DNA of 50,807 nt from a virus (IMGVR_UViG_3300028592_000019:1-50807), one strand, 5' to 3'; positions 8,488 through 17,544 are shown, counted from the first letter of the stretch. The notes: generated by a model from the letters alone, not told the origin. Made by a program: numbers and translations.

Positions 8488-9610
8488 GCTCAGGCGCTAC
8501 TACCGTCGCAAGGGCTGTCCGCAGGTGGCCATCGACCCTAGCCTGACCGGCGCCCAACTGGCTGCCGAAGTCGCCCGCCTCGATGCCCTTTACAAGCCCC
8601 ACGCCATGCGCGCCGGCACGCTCCGAGTGCTGCTCACTGAATACCAAGAGAAGTCAGCCCACTGGAAAGGCCTGCGCGACCGCACGCGGCAGGACTACCA
8701 GCGCGTATTCGACATCATGGGCGACACCCTCAACCATGCCCTGACGCGCTTCACGCCGCCCCTGATCGCCGGCCTGCGCGACGCCGCAGCCGAGGCGCAC
8801 GGCTTCAAGTTCGCCAACCAGATGCTCGTCAGCCTAGGCAAGGTCTTTGCCTTCGGCGTCGAATATGGCCACGTCCAGTCCAATCCCACGGCCGACATCT
8901 CGAATGTGGCCCGACCGGCAGACTTGCCAGATGCGAACCGACCGTGGACGCCTGAGGAAGCCATCAACCTCCTCGCCGCGCCCATCCATCTCGCGGCCCC
9001 GATCGCCATGGCTGCGTATCTGGGCCTACGCGAAGGCGACATCATCAAGATGTCCAAGGGGGCGATCACTGAGCGGCTTTTGAGCCTCACGACGAGCAAG
9101 ACCCGCCGGGCGCTCGAATTGCCCGTCTGTGATGATCTCTGGGCAATCCTGAAGCGCTACAACGCGTGGCGAGAGGCGCTATGGGACGAGCGGCGCCGAA
9201 AGGCGGACGCGAAGAACTCTCGCGAGGATATCCAAGACCTGGTGATGACGATGTTCGTCAACACGCGTGGCAAGGCATGGACCTCGGATGGCTTCAGGAC
9301 TTCATGGGGGAAATGGCGCGACGAAGTTGAGGAGGCCAAGAAGGTCGGCCCCGGCATCACGTTCCATGGCGCGCGGCATGGCGTGGCAACCGTTCTCGCT
9401 GAGTGCGGATATGAGCCGCAGCAGGTGAAGCATCTCTTGGGCCATGGCAGCGAGACCATGACCGAGCATTATCAGCGCCGGGCCAAGCGCCGCGGCATGC
9501 TCAAGGATATGACCGACGCCGTGCAAATGGCCTATCGAAACGCTGGCCAAAGCACTGTTGTCGGGTTAGACACCTTCCCGGTTCGTTCCGCCGAAAACGG
9601 GCAAGGTTAG
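8438..9610 (+). CDS. int: Tyrosine recombinase (integrase)
   Basis: GLREGD (R), FHGARH (HxxR), LGH, TEHY (Tyr); GTG 8438 with GGAG RBS; adjacent to attP. Confidence 0.93.
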   Translation: MLVKIVGIKQYTDRHGKLRRYYRRKGCPQVAIDPSLTGAQLAAEVARLDALYKPHAMRAGTLRVLLTEYQEKSAHWKGLRDRTRQDYQRVFDIMGDTLNHALTRFTPPLIAGLRDAAAEAHGFKFANQMLVSLGKVFAFGVEYGHVQSNPTADISNVARPADLPDANRPWTPEEAINLLAAPIHLAAPIAMAAYLGLREGDIIKMSKGAITERLLSLTTSKTRRALELPVCDDLWAILKRYNAWREALWDERRRKADAKNSREDIQDLVMTMFVNTRGKAWTSDGFRTSWGKWRDEVEEAKKVGPGITFHGARHGVATVLAECGYEPQQVKHLLGHGSETMTEHYQRRAKRRGMLKDMTDAVQMAYRNAGQSTVVGLDTFPVRSAENGQG

Positions 9611-9793
9611 ACGCTCCGGATTTCGGCAGACCCCAACAAAACCGGGATTTGCCCTACTCCTCCAAAACCGAGGGTCGTGGGTTCGAGTCCCCCAGCCCCT
9701 GCCAGGCAATAGTCGTTGATATCGTTGAGCTTCGCTCCGATTTCCCACCAGAACATTCGAGAACGGTTAGACGCCTCCAGCCGGGGGTTAGAC
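9564..9793 (+). repeat. Four GGTTAGAC direct repeats (putative integrase arm sites)
   Basis: At 9564, 9605, 9765 and 9786; two on each side of the att core. Confidence 0.7.
9660..9704 (+). other. attP core = 3' half of tRNA-Trp(CCA)
   Basis: CTCCAAA anticodon loop, GGTTCGAGTCC T-arm, ends GCCA; 5' half absent. Confidence 0.85.
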
Positions 9794-9823
9794 GTTTCCG
9801 TTCTTGGTTCGCTCTGCGGCGGG

Positions 9824-10093
9824 CTACCATATCCATCGCGTCGACCGATCCGGAATGTGCGGCGGGTTCTGTATTCTGACGGTCGCTTCTCGCGCTCCGC
9901 ATCTGGCACAGACGAATTGCCTCAAGAACCATTTGTGGCGTGAGGAAATCTCAAACTCCCAGCCGAAACGCTGGATCAGCGACGACACCGAGATTTCGGC
10001 GTTGTGATAGCAGGGCTGGCCGGTCTCGGGATCACGCGCCTCGCAGTAGACATTCAGCCTGAAGCCGTGCTCAAGCATGTTCCGGAGCTGCAT
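9824..10093 (-). CDS. Small Zn-ribbon protein
   Basis: GGAGG RBS; VYC...CYH and CARCG. Confidence 0.65.
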   Translation of the reverse strand: MQLRNMLEHGFRLNVYCEARDPETGQPCYHNAEISVSSLIQRFGWEFEISSRHKWFLRQFVCARCGAREATVRIQNPPHIPDRSTRWIW

Positions 10094-10157
10094 GGAAACC
10101 TCCGCAGAGGCTCCAACTGCTACAGCGAGAACGCATGGAGAACAAGGCGGCGACAAA

Positions 10158-11087
10158 TCACTTGTCGATCTCGATGGCCTGAACGGTCGCGTGCCGGAGC
10201 TTGTCGCTGCCTTTGAGGTGCCGAACCGTGGCCCGCATTCCCGGCCGTAACCATGTGGCGGTCTTGCGGCCAGTCCCAACGATCGGCGGCTGCGATACGC
10301 CGCTGAGCTCCACATAGCGCCAGAACACATCACGCAATGACTTTGGCAGCGATACAAAGGCTGCGCCGCGATAGCCCACGCCATCGGCCAACAGGGCGTA
10401 GGGAACGCCGTCTCGGTCCTTATCGACGCCTATGACGTCGAACGTCTCGGTGTGCCAAGCCTTGATCTTGAGCCACGATCTCGTCGCCCCGGAGACATAG
10501 AGGCTGCCCTTACGCTTCGAGACAATTCCCTCAAGACCCATCTGATCGACCAGCTTGAAGAAGTCAGCGCCGTCCCCATCGTACTCGTCGGACATGTGGA
10601 TCTGGCTATGAGTGCCTTCTAGAATCCAGCGAAGATGGGCGCGGCGTTCTTCCAGTGGCTTACGGCGCATGTCGACGCCATTGAGGTGCAACAGGTCGAA
10701 GGCGAAGAAGATCAGCCGCTCCGGCGTCTTGGTCATGGCACTGCGTAGAGCGCCGAAGTCGGTGACCCCATGCTCGTTCTGAACACACACCTCGCCATCA
10801 ATCAGCGCAGATCGGCAGTCTATGCGAGCGGCGCCCGCAACGATGCGCGAATATTTCTCGGTCCAGTCATGACCGTTGCGCGTGTAGGCACGGACCTCGC
10901 CGCCGCCAATGGCTAGCTGAGTGCGGTTGCCGTCGTACTTGATCTCATGCAGCCATTCGCCGCCGTCCGGCGGTTCATCGACAAGCGTCGGCTGCATGGT
11001 CGGGATGAACTTCGGTAGGATGAGGGTAGATTCAGAGTCTGTGCGGGATCGCCGCTTTGTGCTGGGGGCCGGCGTCAGCGCGGCCAT
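10158..11087 (-). CDS. ATP-dependent DNA ligase (LigD ligase-domain-like)
   Basis: EIKYDG (KxDG), IDGEV, AFDLL, EGIVSKR, WLKIK. Confidence 0.9.
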   Translation of the reverse strand: MAALTPAPSTKRRSRTDSESTLILPKFIPTMQPTLVDEPPDGGEWLHEIKYDGNRTQLAIGGGEVRAYTRNGHDWTEKYSRIVAGAARIDCRSALIDGEVCVQNEHGVTDFGALRSAMTKTPERLIFFAFDLLHLNGVDMRRKPLEERRAHLRWILEGTHSQIHMSDEYDGDGADFFKLVDQMGLEGIVSKRKGSLYVSGATRSWLKIKAWHTETFDVIGVDKDRDGVPYALLADGVGYRGAAFVSLPKSLRDVFWRYVELSGVSQPPIVGTGRKTATWLRPGMRATVRHLKGSDKLRHATVQAIEIDK

Positions 11088-11143
11088 GGCAAACTCTGGT
11101 ACATGGCCGACTCAATGAGCAGGACGCGAATCAGTTCCGGCGC

Positions 11144-11506
11144 TTAGCCGCGATCCTTCAACTGGCGCTGGACCTCTTCGGCGATTTCCTTCTCCCGCCG
11201 CTCTTCCTCGATCTGGCCGTCGATGGTGTTGGCCAGGCGGTTGATAGCCTTCGCCGTCGCCTCAGCATGAATGTTGGCCTTGATCTGCTGCTGTACGAGG
11301 AGCCCTACCCCTTCGACCAGCTCTTTGACCGGCCCCATGTCATGGAGCGCGCCAGCCGCGTAAAACTCCTGAACCTTAGGCGCTTCCGGGCCAGCCTTCT
11401 TACCGCGCAGATAGCTCAGGGCCGCGCCCCCGGCGCCGACCACGATAAAGACCACGAGCGCCAAAGGGCGCCACTCGACAGGTATTTGGTCAAGAAAGTC
11501 CAACAT
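11144..11506 (-). CDS. Lysis-cassette membrane protein (one TM + coiled coil)
   Basis: Start MLDFLDQ; N-terminal TM segment. Confidence 0.6.
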   Translation of the reverse strand: MLDFLDQIPVEWRPLALVVFIVVGAGGAALSYLRGKKAGPEAPKVQEFYAAGALHDMGPVKELVEGVGLLVQQQIKANIHAEATAKAINRLANTIDGQIEEERREKEIAEEVQRQLKDRG

Positions 11507-11954
11507 TGCGGGCCGCACCTTTGGAGGCTCTACCGATCGTGAATAGGACGTGCAGCGAGCACCAAAGGTCCAAGACGAGAGGCAACTGATATATTCCTGC
11601 GCCCGACGTGTTGGCGGCGCTGACGGAAAGGTAGACGACGAACCAGACGATGGCGCCGAGGCCAGCAGTCCCACCCCTCACCCATGGCGAAACCGCCGAG
11701 TACCAGGTGTCGGCAAAGGTGCCGTTGACGATCAGCGCCAGCAGTCTGAGGGTGCCGATGGCGACACATATCCAGCCCCACGCTTCCTCGGATGGCCCGA
11801 GGGACAGCATGAAGGCCCAAGCGTCTGTGTTCGACCATTGGACAGACGGTGCCGTGAGGCGCGAGCCCCACCACACGATGTTTACGGCCATGACCCATTC
11901 GAGAACGCGCTCGGGGAAATGCCGCTGAATGCCGGTGACGACGCGGATAAACAT
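11490..11954 (-). CDS. Lysis-cassette multi-TM protein (holin candidate)
   Basis: About 4 hydrophobic segments; coupled to neighbours. Confidence 0.6.
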   Translation of the reverse strand: MFIRVVTGIQRHFPERVLEWVMAVNIVWWGSRLTAPSVQWSNTDAWAFMLSLGPSEEAWGWICVAIGTLRLLALIVNGTFADTWYSAVSPWVRGGTAGLGAIVWFVVYLSVSAANTSGAGIYQLPLVLDLWCSLHVLFTIGRASKGAARNVGLS

Positions 11955-12355
11955 CAGCGCCTCCCAATTGCGCGCGCCGCGAAGGCGCCAGCATCGGCAA
12001 TGACGATGGCCGGGACCAACACCAGAGCCATGTCATGAATTCGGGCGGGCACGTCGATAACAACCAGGTCGAGACCGAACCATGGGTTGATGATCTGAAC
12101 GAGATAGATCGCAGCCCACCAGAGGCCGAAGGGGACGACGATGAGCCACCGGCCAACGGAAGTTGCCGACCACGCCCTGCCCGCTTCGATGACGGCAATG
12201 TCACGCGCCGCCTCGAGCTTGGCGATCACCTGCTCGGCAGCAAGCCGGTCGGCGTCATTCTGGGCGTTGAGCTTCGCTTGGTAGGCCGCCAGCAGCGGCC
12301 CGGTGAACTGTTTGATGACGCCGCCCCCGAGCCAGTCGAGGATGGCCCTAAGCAC
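11954..12355 (-). CDS. Holin-like membrane protein
   Basis: Two C-terminal TM segments, basic C-terminus; lysis locus. Confidence 0.6.
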   Translation of the reverse strand: MLRAILDWLGGGVIKQFTGPLLAAYQAKLNAQNDADRLAAEQVIAKLEAARDIAVIEAGRAWSATSVGRWLIVVPFGLWWAAIYLVQIINPWFGLDLVVIDVPARIHDMALVLVPAIVIADAGAFAARAIGRR

Positions 12356-12656
12356 GGATCACCGCCTTGGTCTCGCCATTCTCGATGACCTTGATCGTCG
12401 ATGGATCAGAGGTCTCGCTGATCGCCATCTTCACCTGGACCTCAGGATCCGATGCGACTGACGCCGGCCGCGGCCGCATCCAGACGTTGAGGATGATCAC
12501 CGCAAGGGTCACGTACGGCATGAAGCGGGCCGGGATGACGCTGCTCCAGTCGAAGCCAAGTAGCGCCACCAGCAACTCGGGCGTCAACAGGATGACGAAG
12601 ACCACGTTGACGAACCATGTGCGCCAGCGGACGAGGGTTTCCCAGAGTTTGCTCAA
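12348..12656 (-). CDS. Lysis-cassette two-TM protein
   Basis: Directly after endolysin; two TM segments. Confidence 0.6.
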   Translation of the reverse strand: MSKLWETLVRWRTWFVNVVFVILLTPELLVALLGFDWSSVIPARFMPYVTLAVIILNVWMRPRPASVASDPEVQVKMAISETSDPSTIKVIENGETKAVIRA

Positions 12657-13418
12657 TTAGGCCTCCTTGGCCACGGCAGAGAGCGCCTGAGCGCGCTGCG
12701 CATTGATGACGGTGCGGATGATGAAGATGCCGGCGACGATGACGACGCCAGCGATGACGAAACCGATGGGCAGACCGGAGAGACCGTTGACCTGATCGGC
12801 AGTTCCGGTGCCGACGGTGACCGCTGCGCCGCCGCCCTGACCGACAGCCTTACCCGCGGCATCCTTGGCGTCCTGTTCGAGCTGCGCCTTGGTGCTGACC
12901 CAAGACAGCGCTTTAGCCTCGACCCCCGCCACGCGGCGGCCCCAGCCGTTCTTATAGGTCTGCCAGATGGCCAAGGACTGGAGGAAGCCCAGCCGCTTGG
13001 CGCAGTGGCCCTTGATGACGGCGCGCGGGCTGGCGGCCTTCGCTGCCAAGATGGTTGCGGGACCGATGCGCCCATCGACGGTGACGCCGAGCACGCGTTG
13101 CAGATCCTTTGCCGATCGCGACACGCCAGAATTGACGCCATAGTCCCAGGTGGACAGGTCGACACCCGCAGGCAGTTCATCGCCACGGATCGGAACCCAG
13201 TACTTGCCGTGATAGATGTCGGCGATCTGGTTGTCGTTCAGGGCCTTGATATCGAGGTGCGGGAATGCTGCGGCTGAGATACCCTTTTTCGTCCCCTTGA
13301 GCACGCCGGCGCCGCGCTTGCCGCCTGTCCAATTGCCCGGGTCCCTTGGGTCGGCGGTATAGCCACCCTCGTGCACGAGCACGTCTTTCAGCGCTGGCTG
13401 AAAGTTGCCTTTGGCCAT
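12657..13418 (-). CDS. Endolysin, GH108 + peptidoglycan-binding domain + C-terminal TM
   Basis: HEGGY, TKKGIS, DYGVNSG, VDGRIGPAT, GWGRR. Confidence 0.9.
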   Translation of the reverse strand: MAKGNFQPALKDVLVHEGGYTADPRDPGNWTGGKRGAGVLKGTKKGISAAAFPHLDIKALNDNQIADIYHGKYWVPIRGDELPAGVDLSTWDYGVNSGVSRSAKDLQRVLGVTVDGRIGPATILAAKAASPRAVIKGHCAKRLGFLQSLAIWQTYKNGWGRRVAGVEAKALSWVSTKAQLEQDAKDAAGKAVGQGGGAAVTVGTGTADQVNGLSGLPIGFVIAGVVIVAGIFIIRTVINAQRAQALSAVAKEA

Positions 13419-13533
13419 ATCGGCCTCCTGTGATGATGGAAAAGAAAAGGCCCCGCAGAAGCGAGGCCGACTAACCTATGTTAAAGCGCGGATCAGACGC
13501 CCCCGGTAGCGACGGAAGCAAAAAGGAGTCTTC

Positions 13534-13782
13534 TTGGGCAAATTTCGCGTCATTGATTTACGCTCAGGCGTCATCGAGCCAGAGCACATTGTCGATGCTC
13601 GATCACCTGAAGAGGCGGCGTTGCGAGCATTAGGCGAAAAGGGTGTTCGGGGCGGACAGAACCGCACCCGACTATTTTGCCGGGTCTATTGGCAGGACAG
13701 CGCAGGCCAAACCAACATGGTCAGGCTCTACCGTCCGCTCTGGGTGGAAGTGGAACCGTCGTCCTCTGGATCGCAGTCGTGA
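13534..13782 (+). CDS. Hypothetical moron protein
   Basis: AAGGAG RBS before TTG; followed by hairpin and terminator. Confidence 0.65.
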   Translation: MGKFRVIDLRSGVIEPEHIVDARSPEEAALRALGEKGVRGGQNRTRLFCRVYWQDSAGQTNMVRLYRPLWVEVEPSSSGSQS

Positions 13783-13861
13783 TCGAACCATTCACTCGGG
13801 CGACCATTGGAGACTGGTCAGGACATCCGGCTCCTGTTGTATTGTCCTGACTCTCAGGGTG

Positions 13862-13898
13862 AGAAGGCCTCGGTGTTGCTCCGGGGCCTTCTTCTTTT
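13862..13898 (+). terminator. Rho-independent terminator
   Basis: AGAAGGCCTCGG / CCGGGGCCTTCT stem followed by TCTTTT. Confidence 0.7.
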
Positions 13899-14139
13899 CC
13901 GCCGGGCCCCGAGGCGAAATTTCCTGTGGCAAGATCGCTAAGTTACTGGACGACCAGCTATTCACATCGTTGAAGAAAAGCGCTCAGGGCTGTCCCATGC
14001 CGTAGTCAGCAGGCCCTGAACTCTGCCGGCAGAGGAAGGCTCTGTTTCGCCGAATGGAGCCTTCCTTGGCCGCCGCGTATCCCAATCGAGGAACGATGGG
14101 CGGCTTTTTCGCCCAAGCTGATTGTGATATTAACGCCCG

Positions 14140-14319
14140 ATGATCAGCAAACTCATTCACCTCTGGAACGAGACGTTTGCCCCTCGCGAATGGACCACTT
14201 ACCGCGATCGGGAGGCGATGCAGTTTCGCATGCGGCGTTGGAAAAACGGCGCTTGGGAAAGCCGCGCCGCCACCGAAGAAGAGGCGATCGAAATGGCCAT
14301 CTGGCAGGCACACGCTTAG
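14140..14319 (+). CDS. Small 59-aa protein (not in ORF track); putative paralog of 16347-16532
   Basis: MISKLIHLW...FRMRRWKNGAWESRAATEEEAIEMAIW. Confidence 0.6.
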   Translation: MISKLIHLWNETFAPREWTTYRDREAMQFRMRRWKNGAWESRAATEEEAIEMAIWQAHA

Positions 14320-14394
14320 TTACGCCCGCAGTATCAAAGCATTGCCACCAGCAGTCGCATATGGCTTGTTGTCGCCGCATTCTTCCGGGGCATC

Positions 14395-15993
14395 ATGACC
14401 GATTCACACTCAAGCAAACGCTCGGCAGTACGTCGGGTTCTGCTATTCGTTCCTGGCGCTCTGCTGGGATGGAGGGCCGCGAGCCTTCTGTACCAGAGCT
14501 CAATCGACGGTCGGTTGGCGCTTCCTGGTATCTACGACGACGCCGTGTACCTAACGGCTGGCCTGACATACGCCAAAGCCTGGGACAACGGCGGGTTGTT
14601 CGGAACGCTGGCATCTATTGCACAAAACCCGCCGCACGGCCCGTTCACAACGTTTCTGGCCATGGTGGCTTATCTGCTGCTCAACTACGCGATTTGGGCG
14701 CCGTACGCGTTCAGCGCGCTTTCTTTTATAGGCCTGTGGTACCTGCTTGCGGATAGATGGCCCGTCGCGGTCCAGATAGCTCTATCGGCAGCTGTAGGGG
14801 CAACCTACTGGTTTGAGTTGACGGTGGCGGCATATCACCCCGACCTTCTCATGGGCATGGCGTTAGCAGGCGCAGCCTATTTGATCTGCACCTCTCAAAT
14901 TGAGCGATGGACGTGGCGCGACATCACATTGATCGTCGCGCTGGTCTGCCTGGCCATGTTCACCAAGCCTGTTGGCTTTGCCATGATCGTCGTACTGACG
15001 GGAACGTCTGTTCTGGCAGCTAGCGCACTAGCGTTGCGGCGGAGGGCAGCGCCCACGGCGATCGCGTGGCAGTGGGCACGGCTTGGATCTTTGACGCTGA
15101 TAGTGCTTCTCCCGTTTCTCATCTGGCGCGGGCAAGCCCTGTTCGACTATTTCATGATGGCGGTGATCAATCACGAACATCCGGTTGGTTACTCACCCGG
15201 TTTCCAGCCGCTGGCATTTGCGGAACTGACTAGCACAGCGTTGGGCCTCACCGCGGCGCTCTGCCTCGGCCTGCTGTTGTTGTCGGCACTTGCTGTTGTG
15301 ATCCAACGTAGATTCAACGAACTCGGCGTTCTGGCGGCTCTTACTGTGACGCTCATTATCGCGTACGTGGTGCCTACAGCTTCACCCGTGAAGCAGTTCT
15401 ACTTTGGGGGTGTAATCTATGCCCTGATCGTTCTTATTGGAGGGTATTCAGGATCCATTCTGTACCGCTCAGCGGCGCACAGAAGCTGGATTTTTGCGGC
15501 CCTCCCAGCGGCAGTTATAGCTGTGCTGGGGATATATTCCTCCAAGATAAACGTGGTCCGGTATCCCGAAGAGGAAATTCTCCGTGCGCGGTCATGGCTC
15601 GAAGCGGGAATTGCCGCGATTGAAGCGCGCGCACCTCTTTCAACCATCTACATGTCTGAAGTTACGCCGGTCCCATCCGAGGCCATTATGTTCGAACTAA
15701 TCCGACGCGATATTCCGGTGCCGCAAATCCTGGTCGGCGTGTGGGAGACGTCAGTCGACGGGCATCTGCAGAAGATCGAGCAAGCTCAACTGGCATTCAT
15801 GCAGGACAACGCTTCTAGAGCTGCGCATGATACCGAATTCCCCGGCGACCAATTCCTTGACCAAGTCATCGAGCGACTCAGAAACAGCGCAGACGCATCA
15901 CTGCTGAGTGCTACTCCGTCATATCGCGGCACATACTCGATATTTGAGTTGCACGGTGCTAGTCAGAATACCGAAACAGGAGCAACACAGTGA
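14395..15993 (+). CDS. Polytopic membrane protein, probable GT-C glycosyltransferase (surface conversion)
   Basis: Roughly 11-13 TM segments; YDDAVY acidic motif after TM1; PD and TKP motifs; soluble C-terminal domain; looks more AT-rich than core genes. Confidence 0.65.
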   Translation: MTDSHSSKRSAVRRVLLFVPGALLGWRAASLLYQSSIDGRLALPGIYDDAVYLTAGLTYAKAWDNGGLFGTLASIAQNPPHGPFTTFLAMVAYLLLNYAIWAPYAFSALSFIGLWYLLADRWPVAVQIALSAAVGATYWFELTVAAYHPDLLMGMALAGAAYLICTSQIERWTWRDITLIVALVCLAMFTKPVGFAMIVVLTGTSVLAASALALRRRAAPTAIAWQWARLGSLTLIVLLPFLIWRGQALFDYFMMAVINHEHPVGYSPGFQPLAFAELTSTALGLTAALCLGLLLLSALAVVIQRRFNELGVLAALTVTLIIAYVVPTASPVKQFYFGGVIYALIVLIGGYSGSILYRSAAHRSWIFAALPAAVIAVLGIYSSKINVVRYPEEEILRARSWLEAGIAAIEARAPLSTIYMSEVTPVPSEAIMFELIRRDIPVPQILVGVWETSVDGHLQKIEQAQLAFMQDNASRAAHDTEFPGDQFLDQVIERLRNSADASLLSATPSYRGTYSIFELHGASQNTETGATQ

Positions 15994-16316
15994 GCCCCGA
16001 TAGCTTCGAAGCAACCGTCCGTTTCATCCGTGATGACGACGGCTCTTATCGAATTGATCCCGCCAGTGTCGACAGAGTGGTTCCCTGTAAAGATAAGGGG
16101 TGGGAACTACCTTTGTTTGTGGAGCGACACATCCGGACGATCCTCCTTGTCCTAGTCCTAATCGCTATCGGCTTTCCAACGTTTCTATGGGCCGTTTTCG
16201 ACATGGTGCCGGCCCCAGCTTCCTGCAACGGGATGCTCAATACCTCTTGCGATGACGGGGTGAGGTGGTTTCACAACTTCTCCGAATGGAAAGACAAACC
16301 GTTCCGGTGGTCCTAA
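15990..16316 (+). CDS. Hypothetical single-TM protein
   Basis: GTGA coupling to the GT-C gene; one TM. Confidence 0.6.
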   Translation: MSPDSFEATVRFIRDDDGSYRIDPASVDRVVPCKDKGWELPLFVERHIRTILLVLVLIAIGFPTFLWAVFDMVPAPASCNGMLNTSCDDGVRWFHNFSEWKDKPFRWS

Positions 16317-16346
16317 CCGTCGGAACGACGATCCAGAAGGCACAGC

Positions 16347-16532
16347 ATGCGCATATTTCGTAAGATCGAGGCATTCGTTGCAGGCCGTCTGAATTTGGAT
16401 CAGTGGCATGTGTCTACTGAAGGCGACCGCTTCGTTGAGAAGCGATACAACAGAGACACGTTGAGCTGGGAAACACGGCCTTTATCACCAGAGGCTGAGG
16501 AACAAGCCTACGCCATGTGGAGCATCCGCTAG
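16347..16532 (+). CDS. Small 61-aa protein; putative paralog of 14140-14319
   Basis: RFVEKRY...SWETRPLSPEAEEQAYAMW. Confidence 0.6.
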   Translation: MRIFRKIEAFVAGRLNLDQWHVSTEGDRFVEKRYNRDTLSWETRPLSPEAEEQAYAMWSIR

Positions 16533-17506
16533 TCGATAAGGCCCTGCGCTGACGCAAAGCCAGCAACTGTTCCGGGCAGGAATGTCGATGGGTCCCCGCC
16601 GCCATTTTGTGTGTCTATGTGCGCGAAACTGGTGATGTTGTAGCGGGGCCCTGTGACGGAGCCTTTGTTCACGAATGTTGCGCCGCCCACCAACACTAGC
16701 GCACCCTGCGTTGCAGCGATGTACGCATAAACGAATGATGGCGAGTTCAGGAAAGTGACGGGAATACTCTCCTGCACATAGGTGGCCTTGGTGTAGACAA
16801 AGGCATGACGCTCTGCGTTGCCGGAAATGGTAATGCCGTCCGTCGAGCAATAAACGAACGCGTCATGCCCCACGTAAATCTGCATAAGGCCGCATGACCC
16901 GAAATTCACGCGATCAAGCAGCACGGTAGTGCCGCCGCCGAGAATGCGCATTCCAATACTGGTGGACTGAACTTTGAAGCCGGCCAGGGTCATCTTAACG
17001 AGAGAACCGAACCCATTGGCCGCGCCAATATCGATCGGTATGCCGCTTGCGGGCGTAAAGACCACGTTGGCAGGGTTTGCCAAGTTACCCTCAATGACAA
17101 CAGAGGCGCAGCCCTGGGCACCAACCGGCATTCGATTAGTCGCAAAACCTTCATAGGCGCCATCGCCGATCTTGAACTTCACGGTGTAGCCCGCGAGGTC
17201 GACATGGTCGCAAACGAAATTGTAGGCAGCCTGCAGCGTCCGGAAGGCGCCGGCAGAATTGTTGGTCAACCCGTCGTTGGCGTCATTGCCGTCGAGGCGG
17301 ATATAATAGGTGCGCGCGCCAGTGAGCCGCTCGCGCTGACCTTCCAGTGCCTGATCCGCCACGCTTCGCGCAGATGCGGTATCCTCGACCATCTCGTCGA
17401 GAAGCTGAATGATCTCGGCCTTTTCCGGCTGATGATTGCCGCTTTCCGGAACGCCGTCGGTTTCATAGCGGCGATATACAATGCTAGGCGGTACCGTGAT
17501 GGGCAT
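16529..17506 (-). CDS. Tail fibre/spike, beta-helix-like receptor-binding protein
   Basis: RERLTGARTYYIRLDGNDANDG...AFRTLQAA motif; last gene of tail operon. Confidence 0.7.
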   Translation of the reverse strand: MPITVPPSIVYRRYETDGVPESGNHQPEKAEIIQLLDEMVEDTASARSVADQALEGQRERLTGARTYYIRLDGNDANDGLTNNSAGAFRTLQAAYNFVCDHVDLAGYTVKFKIGDGAYEGFATNRMPVGAQGCASVVIEGNLANPANVVFTPASGIPIDIGAANGFGSLVKMTLAGFKVQSTSIGMRILGGGTTVLLDRVNFGSCGLMQIYVGHDAFVYCSTDGITISGNAERHAFVYTKATYVQESIPVTFLNSPSFVYAYIAATQGALVLVGGATFVNKGSVTGPRYNITSFAHIDTQNGGGDPSTFLPGTVAGFASAQGLID

Positions 17507-17544
17507 CGCTGAACTCCAATAATGAAGGGAGGCTAGGCGGCGCG

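Noticed and set aside
9630-9704. Complete tRNA-Trp gene
   Set aside because: No D-arm, 5' acceptor strand or 5' anticodon stem; it is the att core only
9564-9793. CRISPR-like array from GGTTAGAC repeats
   Set aside because: Repeats are only 8-9 bp, irregularly spaced, and no cas genes are present
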